Positions 61,826 through 64,000 of a stretch of 64,000 bases of DNA are shown in pieces. The stretch is from positions 7,192,001 to 7,256,000 of the forward strand of contig OZ076421.1 in assembly GCA_964187785.1 (NCBI GenBank), written 5' to 3'. The translations under genes and the position numbers were made by a program. The notes beneath the pieces were generated by a model. It was not told where the DNA came from, did not search any database, and worked only from the letters and a program-made list of their open reading frames with translations. This DNA is from Amphiscolops sp. MND2022 (taxonomy: Eukaryota). How positions within the stretch are numbered: position 1 is the first letter of the stretch; each line of letters starts with the position of its first letter.

Positions 61826-64000
61826 CGATAATTTTGCCGTGCTCCAGTCAATGTCTGCGAAAAGAACCTGGTGATTAACAACAGTACCAGTGTGTTGCCA
61901 AAAGGTTCGGAGGACAGAAATGTCACCAGACAGTGGGAGATAGTGCCCCAAGATTGAAATTTGTATACGCTCGATTTTGGGGGGATGAGGCCATGTGGTC
62001 AGCTCCAGACATAGCTTCCTCATAGAATGGAAGCTTCTTCCCTATGTCTACCAATTCGGCATTGATAAACAGGGGCAGTTCCAGTCGCAATTGGTAATGG
62101 GAAAGAATTTTCTGATCTTTCCCTTTCACCTGATGGCGAAGTTTTTTGGTGATAGGGTCCTCGATGGGCAGGTACTCGTATCTCCAACGTTGATCTTTTC
62201 GAAGATGCCTCTCAGCCGCGTAGTGCCTCAAGATCTCTTTTGGGCCTTTAGCCTTAATGGACACGTTACATTTACAAATTTGACAGTAGATTTTATTGGG
62301 GTTCCATTTGGGGTCTAATGGTCCTGAAACAAAAACACGTGTCCATGGCATGCTGTCAAAGTACTCTTCCTTCATAATCCTCCCAATTCTTCTCCTGGGA
62401 CTTGATGGTCTCTTAGGCTTTGGTTGGACTTGTGGTGGCAATCTCCCCTTTTCTTTTTCCTTAATGGCTTCTTGCCTTAGCGCTGCCAAAGTTTCGGTCC
62501 CAGGACTGGAACAGTCAAAAGAGACGGGGGAATTCTCTTGCACCAATTGATTTTCTCGAGGACAAATGGGGGGGGGGACTGGAAGAACAACTGAGGACTG
62601 AAAGTCCCGATTGGTCTCCGGGTCGCTAGTAAATCCGGGACTGCTGTCACCACCTCTCGTATCGTAGGTCATGACGGAATCACTTCCCACATCTGTATCA
62701 GTGCCAGGGTGGGGCCCTTCTTGCGTATGTTTTCGGGAAGTAGTACCACGGGGACTGTGTAAGCTCAGTCGACTAGCGCGGACGAACACGCTGTTTAACA
62801 TCTCGTATGATGCACGAGCACTCTCATCAGCTACAATGCGTAATATGCTGCTGATTTGATCCTGGTTGAACGCAACAGTCATATGCCCAGGAGAGAGGTA
62901 TGTAGGATTTGTCTCCTCAAAACACTGCTTGATTATCAGCCTACTGGTACTGGAAAGAGGGTTAGGTCCCCTAGGCTCAGGTGGTAATGGATCACTCGTG
63001 TCCTGGCTTGACGTTTGGGGAAGAGAGACGTTGCCGGGCTTGGAAGGACTGTAGAGAGCTTGGGCTAATGTGGATCTAGCCATAGACCCAGTACCGGTGT
63101 CCATTCCAGGACAAGACTCGTCTTCTGTCTGAGACCTGTAGTCCATTTGTCCTTGAACATCCCCATACTCGTCCGTCGGATTAGTTGCTGGGGTAACCTC
63201 ACTTTGCTAGACGGCCTGGCTCTCTGGTGCAGTTGTCTGAGTGGTCTGAGACTCAAGCACTGGTGTTTCAACGATAGCAGAATTTGATTCAACAGCCCCA
63301 GAAATTGCTGTTTGGGCAGTAGCCTTATCCAGAAAAACAACGTCGGGAACATCAACAGGACGGCTTGTGTCTGGCATCATCTCATTGAGACCTGGAGTAA
63401 CAGCGACAGGTTCACTCTCACTAGCTCTCACCAAATTAGAGGTTGTAACAGTGGCAGCAGTAACATCCTCTTCTGAATTTGTAAGACACTTGATCTTTCT
63501 GGTGAAATATGCCTCACAGCTTTCAGAATCTGTGGTAGAAGAAAGTTCGATAATGGACCTTAGGTCTGTCCGCAATTCAATGACCTCAAGTTCTTGCGGT
63601 TGCTCCAACTGCGGCTGGTCAGTTTCCATTGCTTCGACGTTGTCTTGAGTTGGTTGGCCACTCATTTCGTTGTCTAAACGAAAAGAAATGAATTTTCGCG
63701 ATCCACTTACGCTATAAAAATCCATTCTATCGCGTTTGATAGTTTTTCGAAAGCAAGTTAGTTATTTGTTCAAACCTATGGTTGAATATTTCACGATGGA
63801 GGAAGTGACTACTTAGTCAATGGGAAGCCCTGATCAAGCTCAATATTGACAAAATACTTTGAAAAAGAACCAACCTGATGTCTGTCTATCTTGACAGGCA
63901 GAATTTTCTTCAGGCTACAACTGTCGGTATGAGAGATTTGACTGTAAGTCGTAATAAATGCTGTAGAAGTCAACAAAAGGACACAATGATGTACTGAACT

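Larger units (their letters stand above)
51657..63725 (+). mobile_element. Large Ty3/Gypsy element (element 3): putative 5' LTR/leader, gag, pol and a convergent antisense cargo gene; 3' LTR not in the window
   Basis: gag and pol domains on the plus strand; no copy of 51657-52500 anywhere downstream; antisense gene ends 165 bp after the pol stop. Both boundaries are inferred. Confidence 0.6.
59444..63725 (-). pseudogene. Spliced antisense gene for a BED-zinc-finger, hAT-transposase-like protein (catalytic residues apparently lost), with stops and frameshifts
   Basis: ORF pieces 63207-63725 and 61923-63146 join through one in-frame TAG; so do 59996-60739 and 59444-59959. YCQICKCNVSIKAKGPKEILRHYAAERH is a BED-like C2H2. 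Phase-0 GT-AG intron at 61825-61641. Downstream blocks resemble hAT motifs. Confidence 0.62.

Overview
Eukaryotic, AT-rich, repeat-dense genomic DNA. An invertebrate animal is likely (Mag-like Ty3/Gypsy elements, GT-AG introns), but the organism cannot be fixed from the sequence. No rRNA, bona fide tRNA or CRISPR array was seen. Most of the window is mobile DNA: (i) a decayed full-length Mag-like LTR retrotransposon (948-6586; 195-bp LTRs with 9 differences, AACGT TSD); (ii) an intact Mag-like element with identical 181-bp LTRs, TCTAA TSD and one 1764-aa gag-pol ORF (36965-42806), inserted in the second copy of a ~3.4-kb tandem duplication whose first copy keeps the empty site; (iii) a large Gypsy element from ~51657 with a pseudo-dUTPase-like domain between protease and RT, followed, with no 3' LTR, by a convergent, spliced, BED-finger hAT-transposase-like antisense gene running to ~63725; (iv) older Gypsy and LINE relics and many MITEs with TA, 8-bp or 9-10-bp TSDs. 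The only non-TE protein gene found is the best candidate for a new system: an intron-less coding sequence (28330-29318, one missing base near 28806) for a ~329-aa RelA/SpoT-type small alarmone synthetase with all core motifs, an N-terminal signal peptide and a C-terminal GPI-anchor-like signal, i.e. a predicted cell-surface (p)ppGpp/(p)ppApp-synthetase-like enzyme in a eukaryotic genome. Domain calls come from motif recognition by eye; no database searches were run.
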